DNA of 64,000 nt from Parcubacteria group bacterium Athens0714_12 (GCA_007378955.1 VMGY01000001.1:38804-102803), one strand, 5' to 3'. Shown: positions 27,910 through 35,925, counted from the stretch's first letter. Notes: generated from the letters alone by a model not told the origin. Program-made: numbers and translations.

Positions 27910-28174
27910 TTATTCTTTAATAATTTTTCCATTCAATATAACACATTCAATAAAAAATAATGTTAAATAAGCAAAACTTAGAGCAACCATAAATGAAATA
28001 TTATATTTCAAAGGTATATTCTTATGTATTATTTTTTCATTTCTTATGACTCACGAATTATCTAATGCCAAAACTATATCTCTACTTACCCCAAACTTTT
28101 TTCATTTATCATTGGAGTCCCTTAGATAAGCTAATTTTTTACTAATTTTACCTTTTTTATTTATTGAAAATGTA

Positions 28175-28183
28175 TGTGGATAA
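28175..28183. promoter_or_regulatory. Perfect DnaA-box 9-mer (TGTGGATAA, the reverse complement of TTATCCACA) in the promoter region of the LexA-MTase gene
   Basis: Exact match to the E. coli-type consensus. It sits about 30 bp upstream of the TATAAT at 28214-28219. Confidence 0.4.
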
Positions 28184-28213
28184 CTTATTGTTTTCATTTC
28201 GGTGAATGTTCGG

Positions 28214-28219
28214 TATAAT
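28214..28219 (+). promoter_or_regulatory. Consensus -10 hexamer TATAAT for the LexA-MTase gene, immediately followed by a GATC site
   Basis: 'ggTATAATGATCg' lies 69 nt upstream of the ATG at 28288. Confidence 0.4.
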
Positions 28220-28287
28220 GATCGTATATAATAAATTTAATACTCTCGTCAATCTTCGCCAAGTCTTTGATTGACGCAATCAATAAT

Positions 28288-29760
28288 TTTATGCCTACGC
28301 TTACTAAAAGACAAAAACAAATTTACGATTATATTAAAAGCTATGTAGAAAAAAATGGCCTCTCCCCTACTTTTAATGAAATAAAAAAACATTTCAAATT
28401 GTCGGCTGCTTCAACAGTCCATCAGCACATTGGGGCTTTGGTAGAAAAAGAAATGCTTATTAAAAATAATTACAACTCTCGCGGAATTGAATTAAATAAA
28501 AAAAATAGAAAAGATTTAATCAAAATTCCTCTTGCGGGAACTATTGCCGCCGGCCAACCAATTGAAACGTTCCAAACAAACGAAACAATCACGGTTCCTA
28601 AAAATCTTCTTTCAAAATCCGGCGAGCATTTTGCCCTTAAAGTTAAAGGCGACAGTATGATTGACGAAGGTATTTTTGACGACGACACTGTTATAATCAG
28701 AAAACAAGATACCATTGAAAACGGGGAAACTGCGGTCGCTCTGATAAACGGCAATGAGGTTACATTAAAAAAAATATACAAAGAAAAAAATCGCATCCGG
28801 CTTCAGCCGGCGAATCCAAATTTAAAACCTCTTTTTGTTAAAAATGTTATCATTCAGGGCAAAGTTATCAGCGCTTTTAGAAATATAGAAAAAATTGAAG
28901 AAGAAGATACTATTTTAAAATCTGACGAAAAATCAAAAGGACTTGCGGCAATAGAGCAAAAACATTATTTCAATAGAAATAATTTTGTTTTATACCATAG
29001 CGACTGCGTCTCAATGCTCAATAGTATGAAGGAAAACTCTGTGGATATGATTTTCGCTGATCCGCCTTATCTTCTTTCAAATGGCGGTTTTAGCGTTCAT
29101 GCCGGGCGGCGCGTAAGCGTTGATAAGGGCGAATGGGATAAAAGCAACGGACTTAAAAAAGATTTTGAATTTCATCTTGAATGGATACAAGCCGCGAGGC
29201 GCGTTCTAAAGCCGCACGGAACTATTTGGATTAGCGGCACTTACCATTCCATATATCAATGCGGTTTCGCGGTTCAGGTCGCCAAATTTCATATTTTAAA
29301 CGATATCGCGTGGTTCAAGCCAAACGCTTCTCCGAATTTAAGTTGCCGTTATTTCACCGCAAGCCACGAAACCTTGCTTTGGGCGCGTAAAGATAAAAAC
29401 GCAAAGCATGCTTTTGATTATGATTTGATGAAAAATGGCAACTGGCCGGAAGATCAGCTCAAAAAACCCGGGTTTCAGATGCGTTCGGTTTGGGCGATGG
29501 GAACGCCGAAACGGATTGAAAAAAAATTTGGGAAACATCCAACGCAAAAACCGGAGGATTTATTAAAAAGAATTATTCTCGCGAGTACAAATAAAGACGA
29601 TTTAGTTGTCGATCCATTTACCGGAAGTTCTACGACAGGAATCGCTTCCCATCTTTTAGGAAGGCGCTTTATCGGCATTGATACCGAAAAAAAATATTTA
29701 GATTTATCAATTAAACGATTTGAAGAATTAGAACGTAATTTAAAAAATCCATCAAATTAA
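28288..29760 (+). CDS. Fusion protein: a complete LexA repressor (wHTH + S24 autopeptidase) fused to a beta-class DPPY N6A/N4C DNA methyltransferase
   Basis: The N-terminus 'LTKRQKQIYDYI...GLSPTFNEI...ASTVHQHIGALVEKEML' is the LexA DNA-binding domain. It is followed by 'AAGQPI', the nucleophile 'VKGDSMIDEG' and the general base 'EVTLKKIY'. The C-terminal half carries motif IV 'IFADPPYLL' before motif I 'VVDPFTGSSTTG', which is the beta-class order. The two halves form one uninterrupted ORF. The track starts it at a TTG at 28267; I use the ATG at 28288. Confidence 0.75.
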   Translation, partial: FMPTLTKRQKQIYDYIKSYVEKNGLSPTFNEIKKHFKLSAASTVHQHIGALVEKEMLIKNNYNSRGIELNKKNRKDLIKIPLAGTIAAGQPIETFQTNETITVPKNLLSKSGEHFALKVKGDSMIDEGIFDDDTVIIRKQDTIENGETAVALINGNEVTLKKIYKEKNRIRLQPANPNLKPLFVKNVIIQGKVISAFRNIEKIEEEDTILKSDEKSKGLAAIEQKHYFNRNNFVLYHSDCVSMLNSMKENSVDMIFADPPYLLSNGGFSVHAGRRVSVDKGEWDKSNGLKKDFEFHLEWIQAARRVLKPHGTIWISGTYHSIYQCGFAVQVAKFHILNDIAWFKPNASPNLSCRYFTASHETLLWARKDKNAKHAFDYDLMKNGNWPEDQLKKPGFQMRSVWAMGTPKRIEKKFGKHPTQKPEDLLKRIILASTNKDDLVVDPFTGSSTTGIASHLLGRRFIGIDTEKKYLDLSIKRFEELERNLKNPSN

Positions 29761-29773
29761 ACATGAAAAATAT

Positions 29774-30418
29774 ATGAAAATTATAACTCGCGCAATGGCA
29801 ATAAATAATCTAAAAAAATATATCGGCCAAGATTTACAAAAGTTAGCTTTAAAGTACGGTATTACAACCTATAAAGCTGGAAAACAAAACAAGGGTTGGA
29901 AAGGTCTTATTCTAGAAATACTAGCCGGATTGGAAAACAATATTTCTAAAGCTCCTAATGGCTTATCATACGAATTAAAATCCGTTAGTTCGCATTATAT
30001 AAAAAACAAGCTTGTGCCAAAAGAAACTATGGCGATAACTATGATTAATCCGCAAGAGTTAAAAGCCCATTCTTTTTTTGAAAGCCATTGTTGGGCAAAA
30101 TTAAAATCTCTAATTTTTTGCGCTGTGATGTGGCATGGAAAAAACGCGAAAACATCGGAATTATTAAAAGTCATAAGCTTGGATTTTGCGGAAAATGATG
30201 ATTTAATAAAGGAAGTAAGGGATGATTATGACTTCATACGAAACAAGCTAATTATTAATGGCTTTGACGCATTAACTGGAAAAGATGGGAAATGGATACA
30301 AGCAAGAACAAAAGGTATTGGCGGCATAAATCCTCAAACAGGAAAAAAACGGCCGGTAACTCGCGCGTTTTACGCAAGGCCTATTTTGATAAAAAAATTT
30401 TTTGAAATGGCAAATTAA
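29774..30418 (+). CDS. MutH/Sau3AI-family (GATC-type) restriction endonuclease
   Basis: 'KGWKGLILEILAGL...GLSYELKSV...KETMAITMINPQEL' aligns with the MutH core 'KGWIGVLLEIWLG...LGVELKTIP...ETTFVCVAPL'. The C-terminal 'RAFYARP' matches MutH 'RGFYLKK'. Confidence 0.7.
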   Translation: MKIITRAMAINNLKKYIGQDLQKLALKYGITTYKAGKQNKGWKGLILEILAGLENNISKAPNGLSYELKSVSSHYIKNKLVPKETMAITMINPQELKAHSFFESHCWAKLKSLIFCAVMWHGKNAKTSELLKVISLDFAENDDLIKEVRDDYDFIRNKLIINGFDALTGKDGKWIQARTKGIGGINPQTGKKRPVTRAFYARPILIKKFFEMAN

Positions 30419-30471
30419 TAAACAATAAATATACTTGATATCAAGGTTGAACCTCTATAACTTTAATTTTA

Positions 30472-30510
30472 TTTGGCGCATATTTAAATATGCGCCAAAT
30501 ATATTTTTTA
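30472..30510. terminator. Perfect 28-bp palindrome plus a T-run, terminating the R-M cassette and the convergent minus-strand gene
   Basis: TTTGGCGCATATTTAAATATGCGCCAAA is followed by TATATTTTTT. Confidence 0.65.
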
Positions 30511-30535
30511 GATTTTTTTGATGGCGAATTAACGG

Positions 30536-30889
30536 CTATTTATCTAATTTCGCGAGTTGTTTTTCGGCGAAATTTCCAATGACCGGCAATTTAAATTTTT
30601 CTCCGCTGTACGCTTTGTAAATCAAAACCAGCCAGAGAATTATCGTCAGGGGAGCGAAAGGCAACGCCAAAAAACCGATGAAAGGGATGACCGAGATTAA
30701 AAACAGCCCTAAAAACACCACCAAAGACTGCATCGCGTGGAACCGGACGAATTTATCTTCCTTTTCCAGCAATAAAAATACCACGCCGCTTACAAATCCA
30801 AAAACATAACAAAACGCTCCTTCTATATTTTCATCTAGATTAAGCGCTGTCTTGGATTTTTTCTCGATTTTGCTTTTTTTAGTTTTCAT
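30536..30889 (-). CDS. Small integral membrane protein (DUF4870-like), hypothetical
   Basis: 117 aa with 2-3 TM helices. The 'RFHAMQSL' motif is recalled from memory. Confidence 0.4.
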   Translation of the reverse strand: MKTKKSKIEKKSKTALNLDENIEGAFCYVFGFVSGVVFLLLEKEDKFVRFHAMQSLVVFLGLFLISVIPFIGFLALPFAPLTIILWLVLIYKAYSGEKFKLPVIGNFAEKQLAKLDK

Positions 30890-31000
30890 AATTCCTCCTA
30901 TTAAAAATTAATAATAAATATAATTGATTGCCTTTCCTTTTCAACGGGATTCTTCGTGGAGTTTATCCTGAGCGAAGTGGAAGGGCTTAAAATGACAATT

Positions 31001-31074
31001 TGGCTGCGGGGCAGGGATTCGGACCCCGATACTCGCCTCCAGAGGGCGATGTCCTACCATTAGACGACCCCGCA
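31001..31074 (-). tRNA. tRNA-Gln (anticodon CUG), with CCA encoded
   Basis: The minus-strand read TGCGGGGTCGTCTAATGGTAGGACATCGCCCTCTGGAGGCGAGTATCGGGGTCCGAATCCCTGCCCCGCAGCCA folds as a cloverleaf by hand. It has a 7-bp Watson-Crick acceptor stem with U1:A72 and G73 (bacterial Gln identity), U8, a D-loop containing GG, an anticodon loop CU-CUG-GA, and the T-arm CGGGG/TCCGAAT/CCCTG. Position 55 is C rather than U, which is unusual. Confidence 0.75.
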
Positions 31075-31104
31075 ATGGGTAACTGACAACTTCTAACTAA
31101 CAAC

Positions 31105-32205
31105 CTACAACTTGGAACCTTCACTGATTTCAATTATTGCCAATTCCAAAGGCAGTTGTGGAATTTCAGCATACTCCAAATCACGCCGCGCCTGAATAAA
31201 CATATTAATCATTCGGACTAAATCTTTTAATTCTATTTCTTTGCTTAATAAAATAATTTCCTCATCTTTAACCTTATCCAAACCATAATATATCCCTTTT
31301 GCCTCTTGGTCAATCTTTAAAATCATTAATTTTCGCAAAAATTCAATCAAATTGGAACTGAAATCTTTTAAATCAACGCCCTCTTCCACTAATTTATTAA
31401 TCAAAAAAATCGTTTTTTCTTTCTTCTTGCTTATTAAATTCTTAACAAAATCAATAATTAAATTAATGTCCGAGCGCGGAAAAAATATTTCCGCTTCTTC
31501 ATAAGTGATTTTTTTGTCGCCCAAAGAAAAAATCTGCTGGAGTAAAGTTTCCGCGTCCCTGATACAACCTTCGCTCTGGCCGGCAATTTTTTCCAAAACT
31601 CTATGGTCAATTTCTATATTCTCTTTTTTGGCGATTACTTTTAGCTTTTCCGCTATTTCTTTCAAATTAACTTTTTTAAAATCAAATCTTTGGCAGCGGG
31701 AAATAATTGTTTCCGGCAATTTATGGATTTCCGTGGTGGCTAAAATAAAAATTACATGGCTTGGCGGCTCTTCCAAGGTTTTTAAAAGAGCGTTAAAAGC
31801 TTCCGGGGTGAGCTGATGCGCTTCATCTATCACGAAAACTTTGTATTTAGATTTGGTCGGCGCGACGCGCGCGTGATCGCGCAATTCCCTGATTTCATTA
31901 ATTCCGCGATTGGAAGCGGCGTCAATTTCTATTAAATCCAAATTTCTGTTTCCGGCAATTTCCAGACAAGAACTGCATTTATTACAAGGTTCGTATTCGC
32001 CTTGCTTCCTGTTTTCGCAATTTATCGCTTTTGCCATTAAACGGGCCGTGGTCGTCTTCCCTATTCCCCGAGGCCCGGAAAACAAATAAGCATGGGATAT
32101 TTTCCCTGCTTTTATTTCATTCTGAAGCGTTGTTTTAATCACTTCCTGCCCTTCTATTTCACTGAATTTTTGAGGGCGGTATTTACGGTATAAAGTCGTA
32201 GACAT
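31105..32205 (-). CDS. dnaX: DNA polymerase III gamma/tau subunit, gamma-length (clamp-loader core only)
   Basis: 'YRPQKFSEIEGQE...HAYLFSGPRGIGKTT', a CxxC zinc module, and 'VFVIDEAHQL'. 366 aa with no tau C-terminal domains. Confidence 0.9.
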   Translation of the reverse strand: MSTTLYRKYRPQKFSEIEGQEVIKTTLQNEIKAGKISHAYLFSGPRGIGKTTTARLMAKAINCENRKQGEYEPCNKCSSCLEIAGNRNLDLIEIDAASNRGINEIRELRDHARVAPTKSKYKVFVIDEAHQLTPEAFNALLKTLEEPPSHVIFILATTEIHKLPETIISRCQRFDFKKVNLKEIAEKLKVIAKKENIEIDHRVLEKIAGQSEGCIRDAETLLQQIFSLGDKKITYEEAEIFFPRSDINLIIDFVKNLISKKKEKTIFLINKLVEEGVDLKDFSSNLIEFLRKLMILKIDQEAKGIYYGLDKVKDEEIILLSKEIELKDLVRMINMFIQARRDLEYAEIPQLPLELAIIEISEGSKL

Positions 32206-32211
32206 AAAAGT

Positions 32212-32811
32212 TTAAGCTGATTTTTGTTTGTAAATTACGGTCTTATTTTTGCCGCTATGTTTACCTTGATACAGCGCTTTATCGGCCTCTTCTATTAATT
32301 GTTCTACTGATTGTTCGTCACTTAAAGAAGCGATGCCTAAAGTTATGGTAACATTTATTGAACTGCCTTTCACTTCAATGGTTTTATTGCTGATTATTTC
32401 CCTGATTCTTTCCACTTTTTTAAAAGCGTCAATTTGGTTTGATTTTTCCAAAATAATAAGAAATTCTTCGCCGCCATAACGGGCAATTTTATCCGTAATC
32501 CTGATTTTATTCTTTATTAAACTGCTGACTTTTTTCAAAACCAAATCTCCCGCTTGATGACCATAAATGTCATTTTTCTGTTTAAAATTATCAATATCCA
32601 AAAAAACAATGCTTAACTCGCCTTTCTTGCTCGTTCGGCGATCGCTGTTTCCTCTTATCATGGAAACTTCCTGAAAAATTCTTTTTAATTCCACTTCTAT
32701 ATAGCGGCGATTATAAACTTTTGTCAACGGATCTAAAATAAGCAGATTTTCCAATTGCTCGATTTTTGATTTTAATTCTTTATTTTCTTTTATTAAATTT
32801 TTTTTATCCAC
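32212..32811 (-). CDS. GGDEF-domain diguanylate cyclase with an N-terminal coiled coil
   Basis: The active site 'RYGGEEFLIIL' is intact. Its stop lies 6 nt upstream of the dnaX start. Confidence 0.85.
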   Translation of the reverse strand: MDKKNLIKENKELKSKIEQLENLLILDPLTKVYNRRYIEVELKRIFQEVSMIRGNSDRRTSKKGELSIVFLDIDNFKQKNDIYGHQAGDLVLKKVSSLIKNKIRITDKIARYGGEEFLIILEKSNQIDAFKKVERIREIISNKTIEVKGSSINVTITLGIASLSDEQSVEQLIEEADKALYQGKHSGKNKTVIYKQKSA

Positions 32812-32851
32812 GAAATTTTAATTATATTTTTTGCTTAAAAATGATTTTTTC

Positions 32852-35140
32852 TTAATTTAATTTTGAAATTTCTTTTTCCACGATATTTTTGTCCTTGCCG
32901 TATTTCATACGCGATGATTCTTTTATCTTTTGGCTAATTTTGCCGTCTCCCGGCTCCAAATCAAAGGTTCTCATATTAAAAGCTCTGACTTGCTGATTAT
33001 CTATTAAAAGTTTAACACAAGCGTTAAATTTTTCAATATTAATAAGGTCTTGTTCTGAAAAAATCGGCTGAAACTCTTTGACTAAAATTTCCGCGTCCTC
33101 TATTCCCACTTTAAAAACAATCATTGTGCCGATGGTTCCTAAAACAGCATCCCTGATCTTGGTATCCTGTCCTTTAATAAGTTGGCCTAAATACTGATGG
33201 GCGACAGTTAAATTTAATCTGTATTTGCGCGCCTCTGATAAAATCGTGGAAATATTCTCGGTAATAAAATTTTGGAATTCATCAATATATAAATAAAAAT
33301 CATTTCTTTGCTCCAAGGGCATATTTGCTCTGCCTAAGGCCGCCATTTGCAGCTTTGCCACGATAATCAAACCCAATAAGTTGCTGTTTATTTCGCCGAT
33401 TTTTCCTTTTGACAAATTAACTAATAAAATTTTTCTTTCATCCATTATCCGCCGGAAATTAAAACTGCTGGCCGGCTGGCCGATAATATTCCGCATTACT
33501 TCATTTTCCGCGAATCTGCCGACTTTGCTGATAATATAGCCGTACATTTCTGATTTGTGAAAATCGCTTGTTTTCGCTATTTCTTTTTCCCAATAAAGGC
33601 GCACTTGGGGATTTTGAACTTTTTGCACTTTTACTTTTTGAAATTCCGGGTCTGTGAACAGGCGAGGAATTTCCACTAAAGTGCCGGAATTTTCTTTGTC
33701 TGCCATTAAAGTCAAAAGATTATTGCGCATATGATGCTCAAAAACCGGGCCTAAAATTTCCGGCGGAAACATTTTTTGCCAAATGGCAATCATTTCCTGA
33801 ACCGCGAAATCAACCTCTTGCGGCGTTTTTGCTTCCAGCATATTCAAACCGAGCGGCCGGCTGGTGTCCGAAGGGTCAAAAACAATCACCTCATTTACTC
33901 TTTCTTTGGGAATTCTTTGCAAAATATCTTCCACTAAATCGCCATGCGGGTCAATAACGCATACTCCGTGTCCATTTTTTATGTCCTGAATAGCCATATT
34001 GGCGATTAAAACGCTTTTTCCCGTTCCTGTCATGCCGGCAATATAAATATGCCTTCTGCGGTCATCGTCTTTAATTTTAATTATATTTTCCGCGCCGCGA
34101 TAACTATTTTTTCCTAAAATTATGCCTTCTTGCGCCATATTTGCCGGCGGCGCCGACTTTTTATAAAGCATCCATCGAATATTCGGAGTTTCTAAAGAAG
34201 GCAGAGGCGGATGGAATAAGCTGGCCAATTCTTCGGTATTAAGAATGATTTTCTTGCTTTCATCAAATTTTCTAAAAATAAAATTACTAATCAAACGATT
34301 TTGATTCCTTGGGATAATAGCATTAAAGCTATTTCCCGCTTCATAAATATTAAACTGGGTAAAAGTATTAATAATGCTATCCAAATCTCTTGACGCCATT
34401 TCTTTGCTTTTAGTGGAAACCAAAACTCTGACATTAACCCCTAATCCCATTTTAGACGCCTTTTCTTCCAAATTATTAATAATATTCTCTTCTATTGGCG
34501 AAAGGTGATGAGCTTGCTCTATTTCTTTTTCTTTCAACTTGCTTGGAAAAAAAATTTCTTTCAAATTTTTAAGCAATATCCCTTGCGAAACATTTGCCAT
34601 TGCTTCATTTAAATTTTCTCCTTGCTGCATTTGCGAAGCGATTTTTAATCCTCTTTTATGCCAATTTTGCGAAGTCGGCTTAATTAAAATCTGGATTACC
34701 GCGCTTTCCCCTCTTTTAAACTTGCTTAAAATGCTGGTTAATGAGTTTAAAGGGTTTGACTCCATTTTAAGGTATGTTTTGATGGGGAAAATGCTTTCTC
34801 TTTTTAAAATTAAATCAGCGCCTAAACAAGCGCCTTGGGGTAAAAAAATATTATAATCCCCCACTTCTTCCAATTCTGCCGATGGAAATTGAGCATGCAA
34901 TTGACGTTCAATAAACCTTTTCAGCGCCTCGGGATAAATTAAATAAAAAGTGATTAAATTATCTTTTTCCGCCGCGATCTCCAAGGCTAAATAATCTTTT
35001 TTACTCCAAAAATATTCCTTTTTCTTAATTCCTCCTAAATTGCCGTAAAAAGTCTCCATCAAAGCAATCAAATTTTTTGGCTCTTTTTTGGAAAATTCTT
35101 CGCTTAATTCTTTTGGCAAAAGCAAACGGCTGATAATCAT
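32852..35140 (-). CDS. Large P-loop ATPase of the conjugation/secretion AAA_10 group (VirB4/TraC/TraG-HerA-like)
   Basis: Has a mid-protein Walker A 'HIYIAGMTGTGKS' followed by 'VCVIDPHGD', a Walker B 'FYLYIDEFQNF', and 'EARKYRLNLTVAHQ' (RKxN...Q). It has no TM segment. The call rests on motifs only. Confidence 0.5.
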   Translation of the reverse strand: MIISRLLLPKELSEEFSKKEPKNLIALMETFYGNLGGIKKKEYFWSKKDYLALEIAAEKDNLITFYLIYPEALKRFIERQLHAQFPSAELEEVGDYNIFLPQGACLGADLILKRESIFPIKTYLKMESNPLNSLTSILSKFKRGESAVIQILIKPTSQNWHKRGLKIASQMQQGENLNEAMANVSQGILLKNLKEIFFPSKLKEKEIEQAHHLSPIEENIINNLEEKASKMGLGVNVRVLVSTKSKEMASRDLDSIINTFTQFNIYEAGNSFNAIIPRNQNRLISNFIFRKFDESKKIILNTEELASLFHPPLPSLETPNIRWMLYKKSAPPANMAQEGIILGKNSYRGAENIIKIKDDDRRRHIYIAGMTGTGKSVLIANMAIQDIKNGHGVCVIDPHGDLVEDILQRIPKERVNEVIVFDPSDTSRPLGLNMLEAKTPQEVDFAVQEMIAIWQKMFPPEILGPVFEHHMRNNLLTLMADKENSGTLVEIPRLFTDPEFQKVKVQKVQNPQVRLYWEKEIAKTSDFHKSEMYGYIISKVGRFAENEVMRNIIGQPASSFNFRRIMDERKILLVNLSKGKIGEINSNLLGLIIVAKLQMAALGRANMPLEQRNDFYLYIDEFQNFITENISTILSEARKYRLNLTVAHQYLGQLIKGQDTKIRDAVLGTIGTMIVFKVGIEDAEILVKEFQPIFSEQDLINIEKFNACVKLLIDNQQVRAFNMRTFDLEPGDGKISQKIKESSRMKYGKDKNIVEKEISKLN

Positions 35141-35308
35141 TTATTTGTTTATTATAGACCTGATGCCTAATAACTTTTTCTGCTGCAACTTGAAATTTTG
35201 GCTGCAAATTATTCAGAACTCCTCGCCTTATACTCCGTATAAAGCTTTGTCGTCCTTCATAATTTTCGCTCAAAATTTCCGCGTTTCGCAACGAAAAATT
35301 ATTACGCA
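35141..35308. repeat. 130-bp intergenic element flanked by an imperfect 18-bp inverted repeat (AGACCTGATGCCTAATAA / TTATTACGCATCAGGTCT)
   Basis: The inverted repeats were found by direct reading. The overlapping track ORF 35025..35309 is probably spurious. Confidence 0.45.
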
Positions 35309-35806
35309 TCAGGTCTTTATTTCTAAAATTTTTTTAGTTTTAATTTCAGCTTCTTTTTCTATGTAAAATTTATTTATGCCGGGAATAATTCTAAGCCACT
35401 CTCTTATTAATTCAAATATTCGCCTGAATACTGTTTTTGCCTTTTTTAATAAAGACTCTATTTTTAAGGCCGTTTCTTCGCCTTTGGCCTTGAAACTGTT
35501 TTTAACTGGTTCATCTAAAGAAAAATAAATGCTTTCCAAGTCTTCTTCCAAAATATTCTCTATTTTGCTTAAAGCCGGGCTTTTACTCGGAGTTTTTGAA
35601 GTTTTTTCAATAGAAATCGCGGCTGTGGTTTTTAACGGCTTTTTTTTAACTCCAATTTCTTTTTCTTTCTTGTAATCCCTTGTTTCATTTTCCCGACTAA
35701 GTTCTTCTTCTATTTCAACTGATTCTTTTTCCAAGCTTTTCAAATTTATATCTTCTAATTTTTTTTCTAAATTATTTTTATAAACCATAAATAGATTATA
35801 CCACAA
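35309..35806 (-). CDS. Hypothetical charged/coiled-coil protein
   Basis: 165 aa, K/E-rich, with no TM segment and no recognisable motif. Confidence 0.3.
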   Translation of the reverse strand: MWYNLFMVYKNNLEKKLEDINLKSLEKESVEIEEELSRENETRDYKKEKEIGVKKKPLKTTAAISIEKTSKTPSKSPALSKIENILEEDLESIYFSLDEPVKNSFKAKGEETALKIESLLKKAKTVFRRIFELIREWLRIIPGINKFYIEKEAEIKTKKILEIKT

Positions 35807-35853
35807 ATTTTAAGAAAAAAAAGCTTGTTTTATTTTTCCTGTTATTTTGCCAC

Positions 35854-35862
35854 TTATCCACA
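35854..35862 (+). promoter_or_regulatory. Perfect DnaA-box 9-mer TTATCCACA (box 1) at about -35 of the giant Cys-repeat gene promoter
   Basis: Part of the 11-mer ACTTATCCACA, repeated 63 bp downstream. Confidence 0.4.
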
Positions 35863-35916
35863 TTTATGATTTTCTATAAATATGGTAAAATATAATTAAA
35901 TAATAATATGTCCTAC

Positions 35917-35925
35917 TTATCCACA
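35917..35925 (+). promoter_or_regulatory. Perfect DnaA-box 9-mer TTATCCACA (box 2) between the -10 (TATAAT at 35891-35896) and the SD/start
   Basis: Same 11-mer ACTTATCCACA, in direct orientation. Confidence 0.4.

Noticed and set aside
28267-28287. TTG start (MIDAINNF) for the LexA-MTase ORF
   Set aside because: The canonical LexA N-terminus (M-P-T-L-T-K-R-Q) begins at the ATG at 28288. A TTG extension is not needed.
30900-31000. A second tRNA or structured RNA in the GC-richer 100 nt downstream of tRNA-Gln
   Set aside because: Only partial complementary segments are present (CTTCGTGGAG/CGAAGTGGAAG). No cloverleaf or conserved loop motif could be built by hand, so it is left unannotated.
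31001-31074. Reading the tRNA-like sequence in the plus orientation
   Set aside because: The plus-strand reading has no T-arm (GGTTCGAAT-like) sequence and has a mismatched acceptor stem. The minus-strand reading gives a complete cloverleaf with CCA.
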